Below, piece after piece: positions 1 through 9,698 of a stretch of DNA of 64,000 bases (position 1 is the first letter of the stretch; the number at the start of each line of letters is the position of its first letter). Below the pieces are notes generated by a model. The model worked only from the letters and a program-made list of their open reading frames with translations, made no database searches and had not been told where the DNA came from. Made by a program: the position numbers and the translations under genes. This stretch comes from Candidatus Bathyarchaeota archaeon. Its GTDB lineage: Archaea > Thermoproteota > Bathyarchaeia > Bathyarchaeales > Bathycorpusculaceae. The DNA lies in NCBI GenBank assembly GCA_963707955.1, contig OY970176.1, positions 2,144,001-2,208,000 of the forward strand, read 5' to 3'.

Positions 1-56
1 CACTGAAAGCTGAAGAGATAATCAAGAAGCTTCAATGCGAAATCCGCGAAGTATAG
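1..56 (+). CDS. 3' end of an unidentified CDS entering the window (LKAEEIIKKLQCEIREV*)
   Basis: Open frame from position 3 to TAG at 54-56 with protein-like composition; too short to identify. Confidence 0.35.
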   Translation, partial: LKAEEIIKKLQCEIREV

Positions 57-424
57 GGACATTTTGAAGAAATTCTCATGCGTTTTCTACTCCATTTCCC
101 AAGATACGCTAATCCATCTGTGCTGTCCACCCAATCAAATCCGACTTTGGCCAGTCCTTCAGTTCATTCCTCGACTGTGCAGCTTTGTCACACAAAGTCA
201 CGCGCAAATTAATACGTAGAGATAGGCTCTATGCACGCGTTGAATAGTAGATTAATCTATTTCGCCATATTGGAACCAACGTTTTCTTTTGGGTTTGGGG
301 ATAAAACTTTATCCAACAACAACCAACAGGCTGGAAAGCAGGTCTACCTGTCTTGTTCCAGTCATGTCCAAGTCATTAACGTATATTAGGTAATGATGCA
401 GTTCATGCAATACTGTTCGTTTCG

Positions 425-793
425 TCAATCCTCTTTAGCGCCCGCGCTGGACCTTAGCGGGGATCCGCAGAAAGGACAAAAAGCAAACTCCCCTTCCGGC
501 AAAGGCTTCGCGCAGTGCGGACATGGAATTGCACTTTTTGATGTCATTGATGCCAACTGTCCCACGAACCTCAGATATACACGCGCGTAATATAGATATA
601 CGACAAAACCTATCGCGGCGATCACTATCCCGAGAATCCCTAGATTGAACCCGTTTGGAGCAAGCGAAATAGTTGAGAATCCCGCAACAGCCAATACAAC
701 GCCAACAATGCAGATTAAGAAACCGCCTCTTTCGTTTCGTTTCGCTTCCCTCATCACTTCTTGAAGAAGAGCAATCTTCGCTGCTTCGGACAA
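425..793 (-). CDS. Two-TM membrane protein with C-terminal zinc ribbon
   Basis: Two hydrophobic helices followed by CPHC...CPFCG. Likely TTG start at 793 after a GGAGG SD; the ORF track start is 853. Confidence 0.75.
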   Translation of the reverse strand: MSEAAKIALLQEVMREAKRNERGGFLICIVGVVLAVAGFSTISLAPNGFNLGILGIVIAAIGFVVYLYYARVYLRFVGQLASMTSKSAIPCPHCAKPLPEGEFAFCPFCGSPLRSSAGAKED

Positions 794-906
794 CTTCAGA
801 ACCTCCAGTGCCACTATAGCAAATTTGAAAATTAAGCGTTTCGCATAAGGCATGCTCTGCTGTGCACGCAGCCAAATCGCGCGCGCGCCAAAACTCCATG
901 TCCTAA

Positions 907-2334
907 CTAAGAACCTGCTGCTAATCGTTTCCTAAGGTATTCGTCTATGGCCTTTGCCGCTTTCTTACCGGCGCCCATGGCACTTATCACGGTTGCTTCG
1001 CCCGTGACTATGTCGCCGCCAGCATAGACGCCTTCAAGGCTGGTCTTGCCATTTTCATCTGCCACTATTGTTCCCCATTTGGTGACTGCTAATCCTTCGG
1101 TTGTGCTCTGAACGATGGGGTTCGGCGTTCTTCCAACGGCAACTATCACCGTGTCAGTGTCCATGATGAACTCTGAACCTTTTACTGGAACTGGTCTTCT
1201 TCTGCCAGATTCGTCTGGGGGGCCGAGTTGCATGCAGATGCACTCCATGGATTTGACCCAGCCTTTCTCATCGCCGAAGAACCTAGTCGGGTTAGCTAAG
1301 AACTTGCACACTATGCCCTCTTCCTCAGCGTTCTCCACCTCCTCGTGCCTAGCGGGCATCTCTTCTCTTGAACGTCGATAGACAATGCACACTTCTTCGG
1401 CGCCGAGGCGCAGTGCAGAGCGCGCAGAGTCCATGGCCACGTTGCCTCCGCCGATGACAACGACGTGTTTTCCGATCCTTATCGGCGTATCATACTCTGG
1501 AAACGCGTAAGCCTTCATCAGGTTCACTCGAATCAAAAACTCATTAGCAGAGTAGATTCCGCCAAGGCCCTCTCCGGGCACGCCTAGAAAGGCAGGCAAA
1601 CCGGCGCCCGTACCTATGAAGACCGCTTCAAACCCCTTCTCCTTGAGAAGCTCTGGAATCGTGTAGACCCTGCCGACGAGGTATCCTAGGCGAAGCTCGA
1701 CACCCAATTTCTGAACGTAATCAGCTTCTGCCTGAACTATTCTTTTCGGCAATCGGAACTCGGGAATGCCATAGACAAGCACACCCCCTGGCAAGTGGAG
1801 CGCCTCAAAAACAACGACCTCGTGCCCAAGCTTTGCCAAGTCAGCGGCAGCGGTAAGCCCAGCCGGGCCAGCACCGACTACGGCGACTTTCTTGCCCGTT
1901 GCCCTCGTTTTCTCTGGAACTTTGACATTACCTGTTTCTCTTTCCCAATCTGCCAACCAACGTTCTAGCCTGCCGATGCTCACGGGTTCACCAACCTTCC
2001 CGAGGACACAGAATTTCTGACACTGGTCTTCCTGTGGGCACACGCGCCCGCAGACCGCTGGCAGACTGTTTTTTTCCTTGAGCTTCTTTGCAGCCTCTTC
2101 GCATTTTCCTTCTCTGAGTAGCCTGATGAAGTCTGGAATGTCTATTTCCACAGGGCAGCCTGCGACGCACTGCGGTTTTGCGCATTGCAGGCACCGATTC
2201 GCTTCAGCTCTGGCCTGCTCCTCCGTATAGCCCAGAGCAACCTCGTTGAAGTTTTTCCTACGAACTTCCGGCTTCTGCTTGGGCATCGGCTCGGCTTCTT
2301 TCTTCACTCTTAGTTTCGGTTTACTTTCCGCCAC
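907..2334 (-). CDS. nfnB: NfnB/SudA-type (GltD-like) FAD/[4Fe-4S] large subunit of NADH-dependent ferredoxin:NADP+ oxidoreductase
   Basis: RCLQC..CVAGCP and CGRVCPQEDQC Fe-S motifs; GAGPAG and GGGNVAMD Rossmann motifs; AGGD; adjacent to a PyrK-like subunit. Confidence 0.9.
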   Translation of the reverse strand: MAESKPKLRVKKEAEPMPKQKPEVRRKNFNEVALGYTEEQARAEANRCLQCAKPQCVAGCPVEIDIPDFIRLLREGKCEEAAKKLKEKNSLPAVCGRVCPQEDQCQKFCVLGKVGEPVSIGRLERWLADWERETGNVKVPEKTRATGKKVAVVGAGPAGLTAAADLAKLGHEVVVFEALHLPGGVLVYGIPEFRLPKRIVQAEADYVQKLGVELRLGYLVGRVYTIPELLKEKGFEAVFIGTGAGLPAFLGVPGEGLGGIYSANEFLIRVNLMKAYAFPEYDTPIRIGKHVVVIGGGNVAMDSARSALRLGAEEVCIVYRRSREEMPARHEEVENAEEEGIVCKFLANPTRFFGDEKGWVKSMECICMQLGPPDESGRRRPVPVKGSEFIMDTDTVIVAVGRTPNPIVQSTTEGLAVTKWGTIVADENGKTSLEGVYAGGDIVTGEATVISAMGAGKKAAKAIDEYLRKRLAAGS

Positions 2335-3160
2335 ATGCGCAGTTTCCTTGCATTTCCCACACGCGTGAGCTTAGCCTCTCTTCTGGCAGGAACATCCTCT
2401 GCCTGTTTATCAGCTGGTCAAAATCAACCATGTGGCCGTCGAATTCTGGCCCGTCAAAGCATCCGAATTTCATTTTTCCGTTCACTGTAACGCGGCACAC
2501 TCCGCACATGCCCATCCCATCAATCATTATCGGCGACAAGGTTACAATCGTGGGCAGGCAGTGGGGTTTCGTCATTTCCGACACGTTTTTCATCATCACA
2601 ACAGGTCCCCAAGCCACACAGCGGTCAAACTTCTCCTTTTCAAGAACACGCTTGAGAAAATCGAAGCCCTTGAAGCCCTTTGAGCCATCATCGGTCGCAA
2701 CGTAAGACTTGACGCTGAGGCTCTTCATCTCTTCCTCATAAAAGAGTAGGTCCTTGATTCTCGCACCGACGACCGTGGTCACGCTGTTACTCGCTTCGCG
2801 AAGGGCTTGAACCAGCAACAGCATCGGTGCGACCATCACGCCTCCCGCGACGCAAAGAACGTTGCCGAACTTTCTTATTTCTGAGGGGTTCCCGAGCGGT
2901 CCGGTTATGCTCAGTATGCGGTCACCTGTTTTCAGGCATCCGAGCTGTTTTGTCGTTTTACCGACCTCGTTGAAAGCGATGTTAATCATTCCCTTCTTTG
3001 TGTTGTAGCCAGCTATGTTTAGCGGTATTCGTTCGCCTTTTTCATGTATCATGAGCATTATGAATTGTCCAGGGCGGGTCTTTTCAGCAATTTCTGGGGC
3101 GTGAACTTCGAAGAGCTTGATTTTCGGGGCAAGCTCTTTCTCTGATATGATTTCATACAT
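2321..3160 (-). CDS. nfnA: NfnA/SudB-type (PyrK-like) FAD/[2Fe-2S] small subunit
   Basis: PGQF, ERIPL and GPLG motifs; [2Fe-2S] motif DGMGMCGVCR..C.DGPEF with the Asp ligand typical of NfnA; overlaps nfnB. Confidence 0.9.
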   Translation of the reverse strand: MYEIISEKELAPKIKLFEVHAPEIAEKTRPGQFIMLMIHEKGERIPLNIAGYNTKKGMINIAFNEVGKTTKQLGCLKTGDRILSITGPLGNPSEIRKFGNVLCVAGGVMVAPMLLLVQALREASNSVTTVVGARIKDLLFYEEEMKSLSVKSYVATDDGSKGFKGFDFLKRVLEKEKFDRCVAWGPVVMMKNVSEMTKPHCLPTIVTLSPIMIDGMGMCGVCRVTVNGKMKFGCFDGPEFDGHMVDFDQLINRQRMFLPEERLSSRVWEMQGNCACGGK

Positions 3161-4373
3161 GGGCTTTTGCCTCTACCGCTTCTAACCTCAGAGGCGGCAT
3201 CGCAGCTATCTTCTCGTAGAACTCGTCGAGTTTCTTGTTGAATTCGCCGACGCATCGCGGAGAAGTAGTGAAAAGCTCAAAGCGTTCGAGCAGGCCCATC
3301 TTCTTTAAAGCGTCTTTTAAGACAGTGACGTTTCTTTCGGCAGTGTCCTTTCCTTCCTGAAGCTTGCAGTCTTCTGGTGGACACACGGCGGCGATTACTC
3401 CGTCGAAACCGTTCTGCAACGCGTTGATAACGTGGACCGGGTCGAGTGCTTTGAAGCAGGGAATCTCCATAGTTACCGTTTTTTTCTTGAATAGTTGGTT
3501 TTCAAGACCATCCAACGCTTGGAACTCTGACCATTGGCACGCAAAGACTAGGACCAGGGGCGTTATGCCCGCTTCTTTCAGCTTCTTGGCCGATTCTGTG
3601 TAGCGTTTCAGAACGTTTTCAAACTCGAAACCCTTGATTTCAATCGCCTCGTGGGGACAGACTAGAGCACATGCTCCACAGCCCGTGCAGTATTCCTCAA
3701 GTATCCTCGGTGTTGCGAATGGTTCTGCCTCTATTGCTTTGTAAGGGCAAATGAACACGCACTTGTCGCAACCAACACATTTTGTCGTGTCGTAAACCGC
3801 TTTCCTAGAGTGCCTAATGACTGTGAAGGCGTCCTTGGGCAAGCCGAGCTGTTCAAGAACCCCCTTGCCCAGGAGCAGCTTTCTGGTGCTTGTCTTGGTG
3901 CCCTCTTTGAAACGGCAGAAACTGTCCTCACACTGAATGGAAACTACTTTCTTTATGCCACTGTTCAAGACTTTAAATACGAACTCGGCGGGGATGCGTC
4001 CCGCACAGGGCAGGCGCAAAGGGATGTATTTTTTCGTTTTCAACCCTTGTTCTTTAAGGATTTCTTCAACCTCGCACGTTGCTGGCGAGTTTCCCCTGCA
4101 CATCAACACGAGCGTGTCGCTTCTGCATTTTTCCCTCATGTCCTTCACGTATTTGACGAGGCTGTCATAGTCATAGTAGACAATTTGTATCGCCATAACG
4201 GGACAGGCGCTGTAGCATATGCCGCAGACCTGACACTTTTGCAGGTCTATTTCCACCTTGCCCGTCTCCAAGTCTCGCTTTATGGCTTCGTAAGGACAGA
4301 CGGAATGGCAAATGGAACACTTGCTACAGTAGTCTTGGTTGATCGTTACGGCAGACACGCATTCTTCGCTCAT
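3153..4373 (-). CDS. Fe-S protein with two tandem (2x[4Fe-4S] ferredoxin + MvhD/FlpD-like) modules
   Basis: Four CxxCxxCxxxCP motifs in two pairs. Each pair is followed by an MvhD-like domain (LMCRG..PCAGRI..QCEDSFC; FACQWS..PCFKALDP..GFDGV..CPPEDC). Confidence 0.8.
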   Translation of the reverse strand: MSEECVSAVTINQDYCSKCSICHSVCPYEAIKRDLETGKVEIDLQKCQVCGICYSACPVMAIQIVYYDYDSLVKYVKDMREKCRSDTLVLMCRGNSPATCEVEEILKEQGLKTKKYIPLRLPCAGRIPAEFVFKVLNSGIKKVVSIQCEDSFCRFKEGTKTSTRKLLLGKGVLEQLGLPKDAFTVIRHSRKAVYDTTKCVGCDKCVFICPYKAIEAEPFATPRILEEYCTGCGACALVCPHEAIEIKGFEFENVLKRYTESAKKLKEAGITPLVLVFACQWSEFQALDGLENQLFKKKTVTMEIPCFKALDPVHVINALQNGFDGVIAAVCPPEDCKLQEGKDTAERNVTVLKDALKKMGLLERFELFTTSPRCVGEFNKKLDEFYEKIAAMPPLRLEAVEAKAHV

Positions 4374-4485
4374 TTCAATGTTTCTCCAGCATTTGCCAGC
4401 GGTCCTTTACGGTGGAGCTGGGAATGAAAGACCCTAGAAAGTTTGGAAAGGAGTTCGGGGCGATATATTAGTTTTGGAGCATTCT

Positions 4486-5418
4486 TTACCTTTTGTAATA
4501 TGGTCTGCGGATGAAAGAATAAGCTTCAAGCGCGGCGGTTATGCCCTGTCCCACTGCTGTCCCAACCTGTTTAACAGGATGGTTTGTAACGTCACCTGCC
4601 GCATAAACCCCTTCAATGTTCGTGTGCTGCAACCCATCGATTATAATGTAGCCGTCTTCGTCAACTGATACACCCGCCTCTCCGGCCCGCTGACTGTTCG
4701 GGGCTTCACCGACTTGGACGAAGACACCGTCAACGGGCAACTCCTCGGTTTCACCGCTCTGCTTGTTGACCAGGCTGACTTTTTTGACCATTTTTTCGCC
4801 GATGATCTCCTTGACCTCAGTGTTCATGAAGACTTCAATGCTCTTGACGTTTTTCAGTCCCTGAACTAGGGCATCCTCAGCGCGGAAGGCATCCCTGCGA
4901 TGTGCAACCTTGACCCCGCAGCCGATATGAGCGAGATAAAGAGCCGTTATCAGGGCCGAGTTGCCGCCTCCTACGACTAAGACTGTTTTTCCCTTGAAGA
5001 ACGGGCCGTCACAGAGTCCACAGTAACTTACTCCTCTTCCTCGAAACTCTTTTTCACCTGGAATGCCGAGCTGGCGATAATAGCTTCCAGAAGCGATTAT
5101 CACCGCATTGGCTTCGTAACTCGCCTTTTCGGTCTCAACGGTCTTCTTTTCAGGGTTAAGGCTCAGTCTCACGACTCTTTCAAACTCGTTGATCTTCGCA
5201 CCTGAACTCTTGGCATGAGCTGCCATTCTCTGTGCAAGTTCGGTTCCGCTTATGCTTTGAAAGCCCGGGTAGTTCTCTACCCATGGAGCGTCTACAGTCG
5301 TGCCGCCGGCGATTTTCTCCTCCAGAATGAGAGTCTTAAGACCGCTTCTTGCCCCGTAGATCCCCGCTGACAAACCAGCAGCACCTGCACCGATGATTAT
5401 CAAATCATAGCTTTCCAT
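4486..5418 (-). CDS. trxB: Thioredoxin-disulfide reductase
   Basis: GAGAAG, ENYPG, GRGVSYCGLCDG (CxxC), GGGNSA, HRRD and GVYAAGD motifs. Confidence 0.93.
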   Translation of the reverse strand: MESYDLIIIGAGAAGLSAGIYGARSGLKTLILEEKIAGGTTVDAPWVENYPGFQSISGTELAQRMAAHAKSSGAKINEFERVVRLSLNPEKKTVETEKASYEANAVIIASGSYYRQLGIPGEKEFRGRGVSYCGLCDGPFFKGKTVLVVGGGNSALITALYLAHIGCGVKVAHRRDAFRAEDALVQGLKNVKSIEVFMNTEVKEIIGEKMVKKVSLVNKQSGETEELPVDGVFVQVGEAPNSQRAGEAGVSVDEDGYIIIDGLQHTNIEGVYAAGDVTNHPVKQVGTAVGQGITAALEAYSFIRRPYYKR

Positions 5419-5789
5419 GCCGAAACCCCTCCAAGACAGGCTGATCTGCTTGTTGCATGTTTATGAAGCATTCGCATCCTTAGCGTGTGCCCGTTTCACT
5501 TGATCACTAACGTTTCTTCATGGATGCACGGCTGCCCTTTCCTCTAGTCTCTGAGCAGCAGCTTGATTCCTATTTTCCGCGGGCGTCATCGTTGCAGCGT
5601 TCAATTGAGAAGTGAGGTGTCTTGGAGAAACCCTTAGCATTCCATGTTTCGTGTCTTGCCTCGCCTAGCACGTCTGCCCGTTCGGTTTTTCATGTTTCTA
5701 ACAGTTAGAGTGGCGGAATCCTACAAATCAGGAGAGATAAAATGCTAAATAGTGGCTCGTAAAGGTAGACAAGACGGTAGAGGGTTGAC

Positions 5790-6023
5790 ATGAAGCTCAA
5801 TGCTTTTGTGTTGATAAACGTGAACTTGGGCTGTGAAAATGACGTGTTGAAAGCTCTGAAGAGCGTCCAAGGTTTTGATGAAGCCTTCGTTGTTCTGGGT
5901 GACTATGATATAGTTGCAAAATTCACCGGAAGAACGATGGACGAGCTTAACCAGAGCGTAACGCACATCAGAAAACTTCAGAATGTCAGGTCGACAGCGA
6001 CGATGATTACGCGTGAGCCCTGA
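5790..6023 (+). CDS. Stand-alone Lrp/AsnC ligand-binding (RAM) domain protein
   Basis: AFVLIN...V.GDYDIVAK...IRKL.NVRST.TMI pattern; 77 aa. Confidence 0.85.
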   Translation: MKLNAFVLINVNLGCENDVLKALKSVQGFDEAFVVLGDYDIVAKFTGRTMDELNQSVTHIRKLQNVRSTATMITREP

Positions 6024-6121
6024 TTTGCTCGCGTGGAGCAGACGGGTCGCACCTGGTTCAGTCTCGACGTAACTGATTGATTTTGAAAGTAGTCGTCACA
6101 GGAAGCGAAATAGACGCCTCG

Positions 6122-7240
6122 CTACAGGGCAAGTGTGAGAAGCTCTGCTATGTCCATGATCTGAATTTTGCCCTCGACGCCCGTAGTCTTTACGGCGTCT
6201 TCAAAGGTTAGTAGGCAGTAGGGACAGGCCACGGCTAGGATGTCTGCTCCAGCTTCAACGGCATCTTTCACGCGTGTTTCCGCTAAACGTTGGCCTGGAA
6301 TGTCAACCCACATTCTTCCACCTCCGCCCTCGCAGCAGACGCTTCTGGCTCTGGAACGGTCAAACTCCAGCAGTTTGACGCCTGGAACGCTCTCAATGAC
6401 TTTTCTCGGCTCGTCGTAGATGCCGTTTTGCTTGCCCAAGAAGCACGGGTCATGGTAAATGACCTTCTTGTCGACTTCTTTACAGAAGGTCAACTTCTTT
6501 TCGTCGATCAGCTTGGCGAGAAGTTGAGAGTGGTGAAGAGGTTCGAAGCTTGTCTGGTTGTATCTCTTCTTGAAAGCGTGATATCCGTGAGGACAGCTTG
6601 TTACAACTTGCTTCACGTTGTACTTGTTGAACGCTTTCATGTTCTCCTCAACTAGAAATTCGAAGAGCCCTTTCTCACCCATGCCATAAACTTCGCTTCC
6701 GCAGCAGTTCTCCTCGTCGCCGAGGATTCCAAAGTTCAGTTCTGCCTTTTCAAAGCATTTTGCGAGGCTTTTTGGCACGTTTTGGACGCGTGGATCGTAG
6801 GCTGATGTGCAGCCGACAAAGAAAAGGATTTCTGCACCCTGTGAGATGGGTTTGATGTTTAGTCCTTGCATCCATTCAGAGCGTTTGTTGCGCATTCTTC
6901 CCCAAGGGTTGCCGTTCTTGAATATGCTCTCTAAAGCGTCTCGAATCGTAGGAGCAATTTGACCCTCTTCAACCGCCATGCCGCGGATGTCGATCAAGAA
7001 CTCGTACGGGTTGAGTTCCTTGGGGCAGCGAACACCGCACGTGCTGCATGTTGTGCAGCTCCACAATTCATTCTGTGGGTGCTGGGTCAACTTGCCCAGC
7101 GTGGCGACTTCGCGCATGTACTTTCTGACGTTCAAGTTGGCCTTCTTCGCAACAGGACAGCTTCCTGTGCACGTTCCACACTGGATACATTCAAGAAGTT
7201 TATGTTTCTGAGTGAGCTCTTTAGCGTTCATGTCGTCCAT
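6122..7240 (-). CDS. HdrD/GlpC/FadF-like Fe-S oxidoreductase (2x[4Fe-4S] plus two CCG domains), soluble
   Basis: CIQCGTCTGSCP and CTTCSTCGVRCP, followed by FVGC, CCG, SCPH, YHDPC, CCEGGGG and ACPYC; no TM segments. Confidence 0.88.
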   Translation of the reverse strand: MDDMNAKELTQKHKLLECIQCGTCTGSCPVAKKANLNVRKYMREVATLGKLTQHPQNELWSCTTCSTCGVRCPKELNPYEFLIDIRGMAVEEGQIAPTIRDALESIFKNGNPWGRMRNKRSEWMQGLNIKPISQGAEILFFVGCTSAYDPRVQNVPKSLAKCFEKAELNFGILGDEENCCGSEVYGMGEKGLFEFLVEENMKAFNKYNVKQVVTSCPHGYHAFKKRYNQTSFEPLHHSQLLAKLIDEKKLTFCKEVDKKVIYHDPCFLGKQNGIYDEPRKVIESVPGVKLLEFDRSRARSVCCEGGGGRMWVDIPGQRLAETRVKDAVEAGADILAVACPYCLLTFEDAVKTTGVEGKIQIMDIAELLTLAL

Positions 7241-7330
7241 CGCTTTTTGTTGAAACGGGAGCATAAGGTTATTAAAGCGTTTTCCCGTGAATCATCTAAA
7301 ATCGTTCATGAACGAGGTAGATTTCCGCCG

Positions 7331-9698
7331 ATGGAGAAGAAATCGCCTAGAATCGGCATTTTCGTGTGTGAATGCGGCGGCAACATAGGCGACGTTGTAG
7401 ACGTAAAGTCTGTCGTTGACACTGTTAAGAGTTGGCCTGACGTTGCAGTGGCCAAGTATCAAAAGTATCTCTGCTCCAAGCCAGCTCAGGAACTGATACT
7501 TGACTCTGTGAAGAGGGAGAACTTGGACAGAGTTGTGGTTGCAAGTTGTACACCGAGGATGCATCTTGCAACTTTCCAAGCTGTCATGGAGAGGGCCGGA
7601 TTGAACCCGTTCATGCTCGAATTTGTGAACATCAGGGAACAGGACTCCTGGGTTCACGGTCCTCACCCTTCAGCCGAGGCCACGAGAAAAGCCATAAGCC
7701 TAATTAGAGGCGGCTACGAGCGAAGCCAGCAGCTTGAAGCGTTGAAGACTATCAGCGAGAAGGGTTCTAGGGAGATTCTCATCGTTGGCGGCGGCATAGC
7801 AGGCATTACAGACCGCTCTTGAGCTTGGTTATCTCGGCTACAAGGTTCATCTAGTCGAACGGAAGCCGAGCATCGGCGGCAACATGGCGAAGCTGACGAA
7901 GGTCTTCCCAACACTGGACTGTGCGCAGTGCATCTTGACGCCGAGGATGGCGGAAGTGGGCAGAAACCCCAACGTTGCCCTGTACACGTATTCTGAAGTG
8001 CAAGAGGTCAGCGGCCGCCCAGGAAACTATGATGTCAAGGTTTTCATGAAACCTCGAGGCGTGGACTTGCAGAAGTGCAGAAGCTGCGGTGTCTGCGCCA
8101 AGGTTTGTCCTGTTTCGTGTCCAGACGAGTTCAACGAAGGCCTCTCGCAGAGGAAATCAGCTTACATCGAGTTCCCACAGGCTGTGCCCTCAGCCTATAC
8201 CATTGACTTTGAAACATGCACAAAGTGTGGAAAGTGTGAGCAGCTTTGCCCAGCCAAGGCAATAAGCCTGACAGACAAAGGGTGCACGGTCGACTTGCAC
8301 GTGGGAGGCATCATCATGGCAACTGGCTACCAGCTGTATGATGCCAAGAAGCTTGAGACTTACGGTTACGGCAACTACAAAGATGTCATCACCATGATGG
8401 ATCTGGAAAGATTCGTGTCGGCAACAGGCCCGACGGGCGGCTACGTCAAGAGGGCAGACGGCAGCGATGTCAAGAAAATCGGCATAGTGCTCTGCGCGGG
8501 CTCCAGGGATAAGAAATACATCCCATACTGCAGTCGCATCTGCTGCATGTACGCGCTAAAACAGGCTTTCGTGCTGAAGAAAATGCTCGGAATCGATGTT
8601 ACCATTTACTACACAGACATCAGGGCCACAGGCAAGGGTTACGAAGACCTCTACTGGCGTGACGAAGAGGCAGGAGTCAGTTTCATACGAGGCAAAGTGG
8701 CAGAAGTCTACAAAGATAACAAGAGCGGCAAGCTCGTTGCAGTGGCGGAAGACACGATAACCGGCGAAACGACCGAGGAGCAGTTTGACATGATCGCGCT
8801 GGCAACGCCGATGGTTCCGCCAGCAGGACTGAAGGAACTGGCCGAAAAAATGAAGGTCTCAATCGGTGAGGACGGTTTCATCACGGAGAAGCATCCGAAG
8901 CTTGACCCAGTGGATTCGCTTGTAACCGGAATTTTTGCTTGCGGCTGCGCTCTAAGCCCGAAAGACGTCCGTGACACGGTCTCAGACGGTTTAGCCGCGT
9001 CTGCCAAAGCGGCCCTGTTCTTGAAGAGTGATTATGTCACGACTTCTCCTGAGAAAGCCTTCGTGATCTCTGACCTGTGCAATGGCTGCGGCGGCTGCGT
9101 GCCCATTTGTCCAGTGAAAGCGATCAGCATGCAGAACGGCAAGGCCAAGGTCGACGCGTTCCAGTGCACAGGTTGCGGTGCATGCATACCTGTTTGCCCG
9201 CAAGAAGCCATAGACTTCAAGAACGCCACTGCGAAGCAGATAATTGCCAGTCTCAGAGGAGTTTTGGAAGAAAAGCAGTCTGGCGAAGTCAGAGTGGTCG
9301 CTTTTGTCGACAAGAATGTTGGCTACACCGGTATGGACTTCCTTGGACTGGACCGTACAAGTTATCCAGAAAACGTCAGGATCATTCCAGTTCCAACAAC
9401 TGCCATACTAGGCTTGAAACACCTGCTTTATGCTTTCGCATACGGTGCTGACGGTGTTCTGGTCGTTGAAGGAACGCAGGAGATCGACGAGAAGTTCACA
9501 AAGAAAAGAATGATAGATCTCGGAAAAGAACTGGCAAAATACGGAGTCGAAAACATGCGAGTACGCTACAGCTACGTGCCGTTGCCAGTCTACAAGAAAG
9601 CTGCCGAACTGTTCAGCATGTTCACTGACAGGATTAAGAAGTTCGGTCCGCTGCCAGAGGAGAAGCGCATCGCCATAAGAGAGAAGTTGTCTGCCTAA
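7331..9698 (+). CDS. hdrA: HdrA-type flavin/Fe-S protein fused to a C-terminal MvhD-like domain; +1 frameshift at 7812 (probable assembly error)
   Basis: IGIFVCECGGNI, VVASCTPR, NIREQ, GGGIAG. Removing A7812 restores GITAALELGYLGYKVHLVE..IGG. Then FPTLDCAQC, CSRICCMY, ferredoxin motifs and an MvhD-like tail. Confidence 0.9.

Noticed and set aside
5419-5789. 370-bp gap between trxB and the Lrp-domain gene as an ncRNA
   Set aside because: No convincing stems or C/D or H/ACA boxes; adequately explained by divergent promoters.
7820-7822. TGA in hdrA as a selenocysteine codon
   Set aside because: The TGA is reached only after the +1 shift; the downstream HdrA sequence is in another frame and the position is not a Cys site.
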